DNA of 64,000 nt from positions 448,387 to 512,386 of the forward strand of contig JBFIJM010000001.1 of NCBI GenBank assembly GCA_041600715.1. The letters run 5' to 3'. Both the position numbers and the translations under genes were made by a program. Source of the DNA: Candidatus Saccharimonadales bacterium (lineage in GTDB: Bacteria > Patescibacteriota > Saccharimonadia > Saccharimonadales > 2-12-FULL-41-12). Position 1 is the first letter of the stretch, and every line of letters begins with the position of its first letter. The notes under the pieces are model-generated. The model was not told where the DNA came from. It made no database searches and saw only the letters and a list, made by a program, of their open reading frames with translations. Positions 27,334 to 36,576 of this stretch are shown here, piece after piece.

Positions 27334-28890
27334 TTAAGGCTTCGCTGGTAGCGTTGTTGCTGGTTTATTGATAGTTTCAGGATCTGCGTTAATTGCAGGC
27401 TCAGGTAATACAGGAACAGGATTTGAATCTGCAGGACCTTGAGTTTCTGGTGTGTGAGGATCAGCAGTGACTAGTGCTGGCTTAGGAGTCTGTCCTTGTT
27501 TAGGAACTTCTATTGGAGAACTACCGGCTTGTGGACGAACCGCATCACCAGTACCGCCTGCGCTAGGAGCTTTGTTGGGGCCTGGTATTTTGCCGTCGCT
27601 TGTTTTAGGGGGCTTAACAGGTGGTTTTTCTGGAGCTGGACGCTCTGTTTCGTTCTCGCCTGGTTTTGGCTGTGTCGGCTGAACAGGTTTTTCTGGAGCT
27701 GGATTCTCTATTTTATTCTTGCCTGGTGTAGGAGTTTCTGTGGTAGTAGTTGTAGGAGGAGTTACTCTTTCTCCACCGCCTGGCTGAGATACTTTTGGAG
27801 TTGGAGCTTTACGGATAAGGTTAAGGCAGATTTTGCCATCACTATCTTTTGTTACTTTCCACATAAGGGTACCCATTCCTTTTACTTCACGAACAAGCAC
27901 TGTTTCACCGTCGAAGTACTCTAGCTGTTCGTTTATTTCTCCACCATCTTCCATGTATCCGTTATAAACATATCCGGTATAAGACTTCTCGTAGTTCTTA
28001 GCGTTATCGGCTGTCATGAACTTAGCATTAAAAGCTTCTTGCTCTTTAGCTGACATGCCAGTTTCTGCATTGATCGATCGATTATTCTTAGTATTAAAGT
28101 TAATCGATGCTTTTCCGTATTGGTTACCTTCAGTAGTGTCACTGAACATAGCAAGACCAACTGCTGTAAGCTTCTTGTTAATACCAGTACCTTCTGCAGA
28201 CATAGCGTTCATCTTGTTATGAATATTATTTAATTCAAGATTAATATTGCCATTTGCATAGTGCTTAAGAACTTCTGCGCGTCTGTCGCTAGAGTCAATA
28301 TTTAAGCTCTTTACTGCGCTAGCAACGTTGCTTGAATTACCAATAGTTATTTTTTGCTTCTGTGTTGTTGAAGCAGAAGGGTCATTTTCTTTACTCTTAG
28401 TAGTTGGGCTAGGAACTGCACCAAGACTTGTCTGAGCACCAAACTGTGATTGTTGCACTGTACTCTGATTACTCTTACTATTATCATTATTTGTTTGAGC
28501 AGAATTAGCTGGTGTGCCAACACGCTCAACAGTTCTGTCACCAAACGGGCTCCAAACTGCAACTGCAGAAAGAGCCACAGCGACACCGCCAAGTACTTTG
28601 TTAAGACGGCGTGATCTACGTAGCTTATCTTTTAGATGAGTAGACTCGCTCTCTAGTTGAGCAACTTCACCTGTCAAAGAACCAACACGCTTTCTTAATT
28701 CGTTATTATTTTCATTTGATGTTGCGATCTGTTCTTTCATATCTACAAGTTGCTCAGCAACCGGCTCAGCAGTACCACCGTCAACAAGCTTCTGCACATC
28801 AATATTACGCTTCATCGCCAACGCTTCATCACGCATCTCTGGTGTTTCTGCTGGACGACCTTGGTTTGGGTCTTGGTTTGGATTAGTCAT
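27334..28890 (-). CDS. Single-pass membrane protein with N-terminal coiled coil and Pro-rich C-terminal tail (518 aa)
   Basis: Cytoplasmic coiled coil; TM VLGGVAVALSAVAVW; ectodomain; tail with repeated PAPEKP units. 8-nt gap to the downstream LPXTG gene. Confidence 0.7.
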   Translation of the reverse strand: MTNPNQDPNQGRPAETPEMRDEALAMKRNIDVQKLVDGGTAEPVAEQLVDMKEQIATSNENNNELRKRVGSLTGEVAQLESESTHLKDKLRRSRRLNKVLGGVAVALSAVAVWSPFGDRTVERVGTPANSAQTNNDNSKSNQSTVQQSQFGAQTSLGAVPSPTTKSKENDPSASTTQKQKITIGNSSNVASAVKSLNIDSSDRRAEVLKHYANGNINLELNNIHNKMNAMSAEGTGINKKLTAVGLAMFSDTTEGNQYGKASINFNTKNNRSINAETGMSAKEQEAFNAKFMTADNAKNYEKSYTGYVYNGYMEDGGEINEQLEYFDGETVLVREVKGMGTLMWKVTKDSDGKICLNLIRKAPTPKVSQPGGGERVTPPTTTTTETPTPGKNKIENPAPEKPVQPTQPKPGENETERPAPEKPPVKPPKTSDGKIPGPNKAPSAGGTGDAVRPQAGSSPIEVPKQGQTPKPALVTADPHTPETQGPADSNPVPVLPEPAINADPETINKPATTLPAKP

Positions 28891-29088
28891 CGTAGTTTAT
28901 TCCTCCCCTAGAAATCTCTAGGATCTTAGTTCCTTATTCCCACACCTCTTGTGCTTTACAGCTCAAAATGTGTTCTAGGTACAATATATCACAACAGTTC
29001 TATATTGTCAAGTATATTGAATACTAATAGTTATTAGCATTTTGCAATAATTTGACGTAAAGATGAGCTAAGTAAATTAACCATCACT

Positions 29089-30516
29089 CTAAGATGTTGG
29101 TTCAGGTTGCGAATCTGGTACTGCAAGGTTCTTTTTACTAAATGAAAAGCCGAATGTACTTCCTCTGCCTTCTTCGCTTTCAAATAACAAATTACCCCCT
29201 TGAGCAGTAATGACCTTTTTAGCCATAAATAAGCCTAACCCGGTACCATCAGGACGAGCTTTTCTAGCATTTCTTGCTCTATAAAATTTAGTGAATAGCC
29301 TCTTTTGCTCGTCTGCTGGGACACCTAGTCCATTATCTTTAACTCTAAAATATATGTGGTTCTTATCCGAGGTTAAATTGATATCTATCCTACCTCCGCT
29401 TGGAGTGTAATACATAGCGTTATCTATAAAATTCATTATGACTTGTCTAAGCTTAGTCTCGTCTATCATAAGCTTAGGGAAATCCTTAGGTTTATCATAT
29501 GACAGTGTCAGACTCTTGATCTTAGCTTGTTCAGTAAGTTGCTTTACTTCACCCTCTACAACATCTGCCAGATTAGTAGGATGCGCGTCAATTATAAATT
29601 TACCTGTCTTAAGTCGTGAGACATTAAGAAGATCTGCTATCAGATAAACCATACGCTGTGAACTAACAAATGCCTGATCTAGAAGTTTTCGTTGCGTATC
29701 TGTTACATCACCGGCGTCGCCCTCTATTACCATACTCAAATAACCCTTAACACTAGTAAGTGGTGTTCTAAGTTGATGAGAAGCCATACTAATGAATTCG
29801 TCTTTAGTCTCGTCCATTGATTTCAGTTTTTCATTAGTTTTTTGGAGTTTTCTCAAAACATACTGATTTTCTTCGAAGAGTAGACTGTTTTCAATCGCTA
29901 TGCCAACGGCCTCACAAAGACGCGTTACTGCCTCGCGCTGTTTTTCGGTTATATGAGCCGAATCTTCAATAAACCCTGCGACTAGAACACCAACTATTCG
30001 GTGACGAGCCAGAAGCTTTACGACCATTACAGACTTTAGCGGGCTCATCTCTCTTAGAGACGCAACCTTAGCAGGACCGATATTAATAACGCTAGCGAGT
30101 GTCTCGTCTGACAAGGCAGAGATGTCGATTATTCTATTAACTTCTGGACTCACAATCCAAGGATGGTGATCATCTAGAGTCACTTGATAATTGATTTTGC
30201 TTAAAGACTCGAGCGTACTAGAAAACCCCAGTAGCTCAAGTTTATCTTTCCTAGCAGGAATAGCCATTATGCCCACTGTTGATATATTAGAGTTATCAAT
30301 TATTGTTTTCGCTATAGCCTGACATAGTTTATCAAGTTTGTTGTGAGATTCTAGAACAAGCTTATCAATATTCCTTAATAACTGTAGCGTCTGATTAGTT
30401 TCAGCTAATTCAAGATTGCGCTTGTACATATCCTCAGTTGCCTGGGCATATAACGCTTTGAGATTCTTTTTACGGCCAAAAATACTTCGATTTTTGGATG
30501 AGTTAGTATTTTCCAC
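29089..30516 (-). CDS. Soluble sensor histidine kinase (GAF-like N-terminal region + HisKA + HATPase_c)
   Basis: H-box MASHQLRTPLTSVKGY; N-box NFIDNAMYYTP; G1 VKDNGLGV; G2 GTGLGLFMAKK. No TM helix. Confidence 0.88.
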   Translation of the reverse strand: MENTNSSKNRSIFGRKKNLKALYAQATEDMYKRNLELAETNQTLQLLRNIDKLVLESHNKLDKLCQAIAKTIIDNSNISTVGIMAIPARKDKLELLGFSSTLESLSKINYQVTLDDHHPWIVSPEVNRIIDISALSDETLASVINIGPAKVASLREMSPLKSVMVVKLLARHRIVGVLVAGFIEDSAHITEKQREAVTRLCEAVGIAIENSLLFEENQYVLRKLQKTNEKLKSMDETKDEFISMASHQLRTPLTSVKGYLSMVIEGDAGDVTDTQRKLLDQAFVSSQRMVYLIADLLNVSRLKTGKFIIDAHPTNLADVVEGEVKQLTEQAKIKSLTLSYDKPKDFPKLMIDETKLRQVIMNFIDNAMYYTPSGGRIDINLTSDKNHIYFRVKDNGLGVPADEQKRLFTKFYRARNARKARPDGTGLGLFMAKKVITAQGGNLLFESEEGRGSTFGFSFSKKNLAVPDSQPEPTS

Positions 30517-30529
30517 CTGTTCCCATTAC

Positions 30530-30814
30530 CTAACTAAGTAATTTAGGTATTTGTTCTGGCTGTAGCTCAGACAGGTACCGCGACGCAGAATCTTTGCATG
30601 CCTGAACTGCAATTTCTCCGAATAGCTCGCGGTATTGCTCGACAAGACTATCGATAGCTTGAGCACCATTTCCGGCTATATCTACATTATGCTTTGACCA
30701 ATCGATCGTTAACCCATTCACTAATTCTGCTTGATCAATAGCGATCGGGCCAATGATCTGTTCTTGTTGCAAAATAATAGCTTCTGCAATCTGGTTGTAA
30801 ACCTCTTGATCCAT
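30530..30814 (-). CDS. Small acidic hypothetical protein (94 aa)
   Basis: Intact ORF, 2-nt gap from the upstream membrane gene and 13 nt from the kinase gene. Confidence 0.55.
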   Translation of the reverse strand: MDQEVYNQIAEAIILQQEQIIGPIAIDQAELVNGLTIDWSKHNVDIAGNGAQAIDSLVEQYRELFGEIAVQACKDSASRYLSELQPEQIPKLLS

Positions 30815-30816
30815 AT

Positions 30817-31638
30817 TTATTTAGAGCTCCTGGACTTGAGCCTAAATGCAACAGTTCCAATACTTACCATAGCTAGTACCATTACGAAATATGACAGCTG
30901 ATAAATCAAGTCGGTAAAACCTCCTGTAACCCATTGATCACGAGAAAAACGGTATAAGAACGCAAAGTCCGCAATATATTGAATTACCAAAGCGCAAAGA
31001 AGCAAGAGAACCTTAGTACGCATGACACCCCCAAGAGCTTTGAAGGACAGAAGGTAGATCATGAGAGCGAGCGATATATAGACTGCTTGACCAAGAGGAT
31101 AGCCAAAGTCTAGAAAAGCAACAACCCAGTTACCCCCACCTTCGTAGCCGTTTAGGAATACATAGTAAGAGCACCCAAGTAGAAGCGCAGGAACTACCAA
31201 ACTTAACAGTTTTACTCCAGAAGAAAGAGCTGACAATTTAATACCCAAAGCTTTTTTAAGCTGTATTAGCCCAAGAATATAAAAGATGATACTACCAAAG
31301 AAACCAACATCCCCAAGCGATGGATAAGGAGCTTCTACTCCTTTGACAAAAGCAAAATAAGAATAGGTGACCTGTCCAAATACTTGGGCAACCAAACCTA
31401 AGCTCAAAAATATGAGCGATCTCCCAAAGAGACTTTTTACACCGCCCCAGCGTCTTGAAACAAACAAACCTATGACTGCGCCAACTAGCGCAATAACCCA
31501 GTATGAATCGCTGTACAATTCAAAGGACTTGGCTTCAGGATCTAGGAAAAGATTATTGTAGAGCCACCATCCAGCAAAACCTATTGAAAGTAAGGTAGCA
31601 GTAATGAGTGATAATTTTTCAGGATTATTTTGTTTCAT
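30817..31638 (-). CDS. Polytopic membrane protein (about 8 TM, 273 aa), possible sensor module
   Basis: Hydrophobicity pattern. First gene of the three-gene string ending in the kinase. Confidence 0.6.
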   Translation of the reverse strand: MKQNNPEKLSLITATLLSIGFAGWWLYNNLFLDPEAKSFELYSDSYWVIALVGAVIGLFVSRRWGGVKSLFGRSLIFLSLGLVAQVFGQVTYSYFAFVKGVEAPYPSLGDVGFFGSIIFYILGLIQLKKALGIKLSALSSGVKLLSLVVPALLLGCSYYVFLNGYEGGGNWVVAFLDFGYPLGQAVYISLALMIYLLSFKALGGVMRTKVLLLLCALVIQYIADFAFLYRFSRDQWVTGGFTDLIYQLSYFVMVLAMVSIGTVAFRLKSRSSK

Positions 31639-31747
31639 GATAATACTTATCCTTAATTATCGCCATCGTGCAATACGATGTCAAGCAAAGGTAGCCAACA
31701 CCACTTGGGTGGGTTATGATGTATGAACGTAACTTCAATACACAAAC

Positions 31748-32632
31748 ATGATCTCAAATTACCCTGTCCTTACCAAGTTATCGATTGAACACAAACCTGC
31801 TATCCAAGAGTTCGTAGCACAATTTGAGCCGTACTCGGACTTTAACTTTATAAGCTTATTCTGCTGGAATATTGACGGTTCAACTCAAGTTGCTATGTTT
31901 AACAGTAATCTAGTTATACAAGTGCCCGATTATTTAACGGGGGAACCTGTCATTTCTGTACTCGGCAATAACGAGATAACAAGCACAATCGAAACACTCC
32001 TCGAGAAAACTACCCTATTGAAACTTGTACCTGAAAATACAGTCCATAACATTACCGAGCCTGCTACTTTCGACATTCAAGAAGATCCTGACAATCACGA
32101 CTATATATTTGACCTTCAAGATCATGTGACCTTTAGTGGCAGTCAGTTCAAGACGAAACGCAAACATTTGAGTCGTTTTGTTAAAGACTATGGCCACCGA
32201 GTACATGTAAGATCAGTCGATCTAAGCAACCATGATAATTTAGACACACTTGAGCACGTATTCTTGCAGTGGGCACATGAAAAACAAAGAGACAATACCG
32301 ATATAGAGAATGAAAGAATCGCAATTGTACGCTTTTTAGAACATGCATCAGCCTTCGAAAATCGATGTTACGAAATATTAATCGATGGCAAGCTTGTCGG
32401 TTTTTCTCTCAACGAAGTATTGCCCGGGAAGATGGCAAATTGTCATTTTCAAAAATGTTTAACCAACTATACCAACATTGATATTTTCTTCACCAACTAC
32501 GTTGCACAGCAACTTGTCGACGAAGGCTGTATGTATATCAATTGGGAACAGGATTTAGGTATCGATGGGTTGAGACAACTTAAGCAATCTTACAAGCCTA
32601 TGAAAATGCTCAAAAAATATCTAATAATCTAG
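31748..32632 (+). CDS. DUF2156-like protein (stand-alone homolog of the MprF/LPG-synthase C-terminal aminoacyl-transferase domain)
   Basis: N-terminal YSDFNFISLFCWN-type motif and ~290-aa size recalled for DUF2156. Assignment not verifiable without an HMM search. Confidence 0.5.
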   Translation: MISNYPVLTKLSIEHKPAIQEFVAQFEPYSDFNFISLFCWNIDGSTQVAMFNSNLVIQVPDYLTGEPVISVLGNNEITSTIETLLEKTTLLKLVPENTVHNITEPATFDIQEDPDNHDYIFDLQDHVTFSGSQFKTKRKHLSRFVKDYGHRVHVRSVDLSNHDNLDTLEHVFLQWAHEKQRDNTDIENERIAIVRFLEHASAFENRCYEILIDGKLVGFSLNEVLPGKMANCHFQKCLTNYTNIDIFFTNYVAQQLVDEGCMYINWEQDLGIDGLRQLKQSYKPMKMLKKYLII

Positions 32633-33529
32633 TGTGGACATATACACACCCGCTATAATTACTAAGCCCATACAAATCTTAAGAGTCATTTTGCCTGCTT
32701 TTGCTTCTGGAAACCACTTAGGAACTAATGGATATAACAGCACAGATATTACTAGTACATATAGTATCTGGGTATTTTCAAACGCTTTTACCAGGGACAA
32801 GGGACCTATACTTAAAGCGTAGTTACGCACATAGTCAGCAGATAGACCAATAACTTCCACGAGCGCAAGGAGGAGCAATAATAATTTTGAATTTTTTCGG
32901 ATGATTCCTTTCAAATCTTTGCCATTGTTCTGGAATATCAGAAGATACATAAAATACAATCCAGCCAAAAACATTCCAAAAGAAAAATATAGATATGCTT
33001 GATAGAAGTCTACCCTATCAAAAACAAACTTGTTTGCGAGTGAAACAACATCAAAAATTCCCGCTGCTATTAATGCTGGAATCAGTGCTGGAGAAAACTT
33101 GAAACGTTTTACATCTGTCATGGAATAGATAATAGATGCCAGAATTATTGTACTAAACCCAATAATCTGCCATGTAGACAAACGCTCGTCCACTATAAAA
33201 TATGCCAATAGCGGAAGGATGGCAGGAGTTAAGGCGAATAAAGCTACTACTACTGACGGATCAGCACGCTGTAGTGCCTTAAAGTAAAAGAAGAAAGAAA
33301 CTACATTTAAAAAACCTGCGGTTGATATTATCAAGATTAACCTAGGATCAATGTATATATCGACTCTAGCAAAAACTAAAATTAAAATTGCAGGTATTAG
33401 ACCAAATAATCCTGATATTACCGATCCTGCAAGCGCACCTTTGTAAACATGCCTTACTAAATTATCGTCTAATAAATTTACAATTGCCCACAAAAGTGGC
33501 GCCAATAATGCCGGTAAAATCCATTCCAT
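32621..33529 (-). CDS. EamA/DMT-superfamily transporter (10 TM)
   Basis: 302 aa, two 5-TM halves, typical EamA-like hydrophobic profile. Confidence 0.65.
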   Translation of the reverse strand: MEWILPALLAPLLWAIVNLLDDNLVRHVYKGALAGSVISGLFGLIPAILILVFARVDIYIDPRLILIISTAGFLNVVSFFFYFKALQRADPSVVVALFALTPAILPLLAYFIVDERLSTWQIIGFSTIILASIIYSMTDVKRFKFSPALIPALIAAGIFDVVSLANKFVFDRVDFYQAYLYFSFGMFLAGLYFMYLLIFQNNGKDLKGIIRKNSKLLLLLLALVEVIGLSADYVRNYALSIGPLSLVKAFENTQILYVLVISVLLYPLVPKWFPEAKAGKMTLKICMGLVIIAGVYMSTLDY

Positions 33530-33595
33530 GTATGTTGCTTTATCCTTAAAATTAGTATAACCTAATTCTTACATACAACGAACAAAAAGCATAAA

Positions 33596-34072
33596 ATGAA
33601 TATTTACCTCACCACTGCAGTAGGAGAAGGACCAACAGAACTTGCATCATTTGACCATGCATTAGTCCAATCAGGAATTGCTAACTTCAATCTTCTGTAT
33701 CTCAGCTCTGTTATTCCGCCTAACAGTACCATCATCCCAACTAAAAAAGCAGAAGTTACAGGATCTGAGTGGGGGGACAAACTTTATGTTGTAATGGCTC
33801 AGCAGAGGACTAGTATTCCTAACCAGCAAGTGTGGGCTGGCATTGGATGGGTTCAAGATCCTGAAACCAAAAAAGGTTTGTTTGTAGAGCACGAAGGTCA
33901 TAGTGAACAAGAAGTAAGAGCAGATATCGAGAACTCTCTTAATGCTCTCATGAGCAACAGAAATATGAATTTTGGAGAGATTAAGATGCAGGTTGTTGGA
34001 GGCACATGCTTAGACAAACCCATCTGCGCAATGACTGTTGCAGTTTTTCAACCTGTCGGCTGGAAGAAATAA
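33596..34072 (+). CDS. pdaD: Pyruvoyl-dependent arginine decarboxylase
   Basis: 158 aa. Self-cleavage context NLLYLSSVIPP (Ser-Ser), size and overall pattern of the PvlArgDC family. Confidence 0.75.
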   Translation: MNIYLTTAVGEGPTELASFDHALVQSGIANFNLLYLSSVIPPNSTIIPTKKAEVTGSEWGDKLYVVMAQQRTSIPNQQVWAGIGWVQDPETKKGLFVEHEGHSEQEVRADIENSLNALMSNRNMNFGEIKMQVVGGTCLDKPICAMTVAVFQPVGWKK

Positions 34073-34127
34073 TGGACAAACCACGGTTGGCTCACCTGTG
34101 TGTAATAGTCTACAATAGGGGTTAACT

Positions 34128-34508
34128 ATGGTTGATAACGCTCCTAAAGTCGCAATTATCGAAGATGATCTCGCTATATCTCAGATGTACCGTATTAAGT
34201 TTGAGGCTGAAGGGTTCCAGGTAGAAACAGCAGAAAACGGTAAGCTTGGCCTAGCTCTCGCAGAAACTATGAAACCAGATATTATTCTGTTGGATCTTAT
34301 GATGCCTGAAATGTCAGGAGATGAAATGCTCGCCAAGTTGCGGGCAAGTGAGTGGGGTGCAGATATAAAAGTCATCATCCTTACTAACATGGGAGAACAA
34401 GAAGTCCCAGAATCTGTACGGGCGCTCAATGTGAGCGCTTTTATTTTAAAGGCGGATATGACCCCACGCCAAGTTGCCGACCTAGTCAAAGTGCAACTTG
34501 GTTTATAG
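34128..34508 (+). CDS. Stand-alone response-regulator receiver domain (CheY-like)
   Basis: IIEDD acidic pocket, phospho-acceptor context IILLDLMMPEMSG, ILTN, conserved Lys in ILKADMTP. No output domain. Confidence 0.85.
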   Translation: MVDNAPKVAIIEDDLAISQMYRIKFEAEGFQVETAENGKLGLALAETMKPDIILLDLMMPEMSGDEMLAKLRASEWGADIKVIILTNMGEQEVPESVRALNVSAFILKADMTPRQVADLVKVQLGL

Positions 34509-34649
34509 TGAACCTATCGTATAAGCTTCTTCCAGCTTCTACTTAATTTAGTGGCGCAGATCATTGGGTTTACTCATCATCGTATCTTCAGATGTGTTTT
34601 CTAATATAAACTTTCGCTTAACAGAAGTACCATATAAAATAGGTTAATA

Positions 34650-35966
34650 ATGAACATAGCAATTATCGGCTACGGTAGCCAAGGCGCATCTGCATACAAC
34701 TATTGGCAGGATTCAGAAAACTCTATCACAATTTGTGACAGCAATCGTGACGTAATGATCCCAGAAGGAGCATCGACTCAGCTCGGCGAAGATTATTTAA
34801 AGAATCTGGATAAATACGATTTAATCGTCCGCAGTCCATCCATACACCCTAAAAACATTATATCTGCTAACCCTGATGTTACTATACAAAGTAAAGTTAC
34901 TACTAACACAAACGAATTCTTTCGAGTATGCCCAACAAAAAATATTATTGGAGTAACAGGAACCAAGGGTAAAGGAACAACTTCTACCCTTATCACTAAA
35001 ATGCTTGAAGCGTCTGGATACCGCGTGCATCTAGGTGGTAATATCGGCACCCCTCCTCTGGAAATGCTTAAGAATGATATTAAGCCTGATGATTGGGTGG
35101 TCTTAGAATTAGCGAATTTCCAGCTTATAGACCTGCTGTATTCTCCACATATAGCAGTGTGTCTAATGATCACAAGCGAACATCAAGACTGGCACACTGA
35201 TTTTAATGAGTACACTCGTGCGAAGCAACAACTATTTACTCACCAAACTCAAGATGACTATGCTATATATTATGCATTTGACCAGAATTCTCGCGACATA
35301 GCATCTGTCAGTAAGGCAAAGCAGATTCCATACATGGAAAAGCCTGGTGCATACGTAGTAGACGACACTGTGGTCATAAACGACAAGAAGATTTGTGTCA
35401 TTAATGATATAAAATTGCTAGGCAAACACAATTTGCAAAATATTTGCTCCGCTATAACTGCCGTCTGGCAAGTGAGCCCTAATGTGAGCGCTATAAAACA
35501 GGCGATTGTTAACTTTAGTGGCATGGAATACCGCTTAGAATTAATACGCGAACTCGACGGTGTTAGCTATTACAATGATAGTTTTGGCACAACTCCAGAA
35601 ACAGCAATTGTAGCAATTCAAGCCTTTGATAAGCCTAAAATACTAATTGCGGGCGGATCAGACAAGAGCGCTTCCTATACCGAACTTGCACAGGTTATAG
35701 CATCAAATAACGTAAAGACTCTCATAACCATCGGCATAACTGGTAAAGTAATTGCAGAATTAGTTAAATCGCAGTCAAAATCCATAAAGATCATCGAGAA
35801 TCCGCCGTCTATGCAAGAAGCGGTCGAACTTGCCCAAAAAGAAGCAGACACAGGAGATATCGTCCTATTGTCTACTGGCTCAGCAAGTTTTGGAATGTTT
35901 GAAAATTACAAAGATCGCGGGGATCAATTTAATCAAGCTGTGAAAGGACTCGCACCAACCGAGTAA
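34650..35966 (+). CDS. murD: UDP-N-acetylmuramoylalanine--D-glutamate ligase
   Basis: Mur ligase P-loop GVTGTKGKGTTSTL; LGKHNLQN; overall MurD length and layout. Confidence 0.8.
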   Translation: MNIAIIGYGSQGASAYNYWQDSENSITICDSNRDVMIPEGASTQLGEDYLKNLDKYDLIVRSPSIHPKNIISANPDVTIQSKVTTNTNEFFRVCPTKNIIGVTGTKGKGTTSTLITKMLEASGYRVHLGGNIGTPPLEMLKNDIKPDDWVVLELANFQLIDLLYSPHIAVCLMITSEHQDWHTDFNEYTRAKQQLFTHQTQDDYAIYYAFDQNSRDIASVSKAKQIPYMEKPGAYVVDDTVVINDKKICVINDIKLLGKHNLQNICSAITAVWQVSPNVSAIKQAIVNFSGMEYRLELIRELDGVSYYNDSFGTTPETAIVAIQAFDKPKILIAGGSDKSASYTELAQVIASNNVKTLITIGITGKVIAELVKSQSKSIKIIENPPSMQEAVELAQKEADTGDIVLLSTGSASFGMFENYKDRGDQFNQAVKGLAPTE

Positions 35967-36576
35967 TAACAGCCTGTTCAGGTTGCAAGATAATTGCCTT
36001 ACCTCTGGTGAACTTTTCTAGTTTTTCCTCAATCCAATGATAATGGGTGCATCCCATGACAATAACATCACTTTTTTTAGACAACGAATCTTCAATAATT
36101 TCATTTAAATGCTCTTGATCAATTCTGTCATCCTCTATCATGGTAGCCCATGTACTACAGTCAGGTTCAATCACTCTTGTGTTACTTGCGTATTTATTCT
36201 TTAGTTCCAGATATCGGGCACTTTTTAATGTTGTAGGTGTAGCACATACTGTTATCACTTTTGTCTTAGATAGTTGAACGGCTGGCTTAATCATTGGCTC
36301 AATACCAATAAGTGGTACAGAGATCACCCGCCGAAGCTTCTGAATAATGGTTGTTGTGACAGTATTACACGCAACCACAATTACTTTGCACCCCTCGGCT
36401 TCAAGTCCTTGTAAAATAGGTACGACCAACTCGTATAGTTGGTCTTCAGTTTTATTACCATATGGCAGATTCTTTTTGTCTTGTCGATAAACGACCTCAT
36501 GTTCAGGAACGGCTTTTTTTATTGCATTAGCTACCGAACGACCCCCTGCGCCAGAATCAAATACCCCTATCTTCAT
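35929..36576 (-). CDS. murI: Glutamate racemase (short, 215 aa)
   Basis: GVFDSGAGGRSV, catalytic Cys motifs VVACNTVT and GCTHY. 3' end overlaps the convergent murD by 38 nt. Confidence 0.8.
   Translation of the reverse strand: MKIGVFDSGAGGRSVANAIKKAVPEHEVVYRQDKKNLPYGNKTEDQLYELVVPILQGLEAEGCKVIVVACNTVTTTIIQKLRRVISVPLIGIEPMIKPAVQLSKTKVITVCATPTTLKSARYLELKNKYASNTRVIEPDCSTWATMIEDDRIDQEHLNEIIEDSLSKKSDVIVMGCTHYHWIEEKLEKFTRGKAIILQPEQAVITRLVRVLSQLD

Noticed and set aside
27618-27727. Imperfect ~45-bp direct repeat (27618-27664 and 27684-27727) as a non-coding tandem repeat or VNTR
   Set aside because: It lies inside the 518-aa gene and encodes two copies of a PG-(E/K)N-x-(T/I)E-(R/N)-PAPEKP unit of the Pro-rich tail. 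This is ordinary low-complexity coding repetition.
27496-27924. Long antisense ORFs inside confident genes (for example 27496..27924, 42118..42558, 58650..59096, 34793..35173, 8378..8710, 19745..20092)
   Set aside because: Each lies wholly within, and antisense or out of frame to, a gene with strong motif support. Their compositions are the low-complexity mirror of the sense frame (Cys/Trp/Phe-rich opposite Pro/Glu/Lys-rich). I treat them as shadow ORFs.
23044-31747. A tRNA-Glu-bounded genomic island covering the LPXTG cluster and kinase operon
   Set aside because: I looked in the larger intergenic gaps (25499-25690, 28891-29088, 31639-31747) for a distal copy of the tRNA-Glu 3' end and found none. 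The only copy is the one 168 bp from the tRNA. No integrase is present, so island status remains untested rather than supported.
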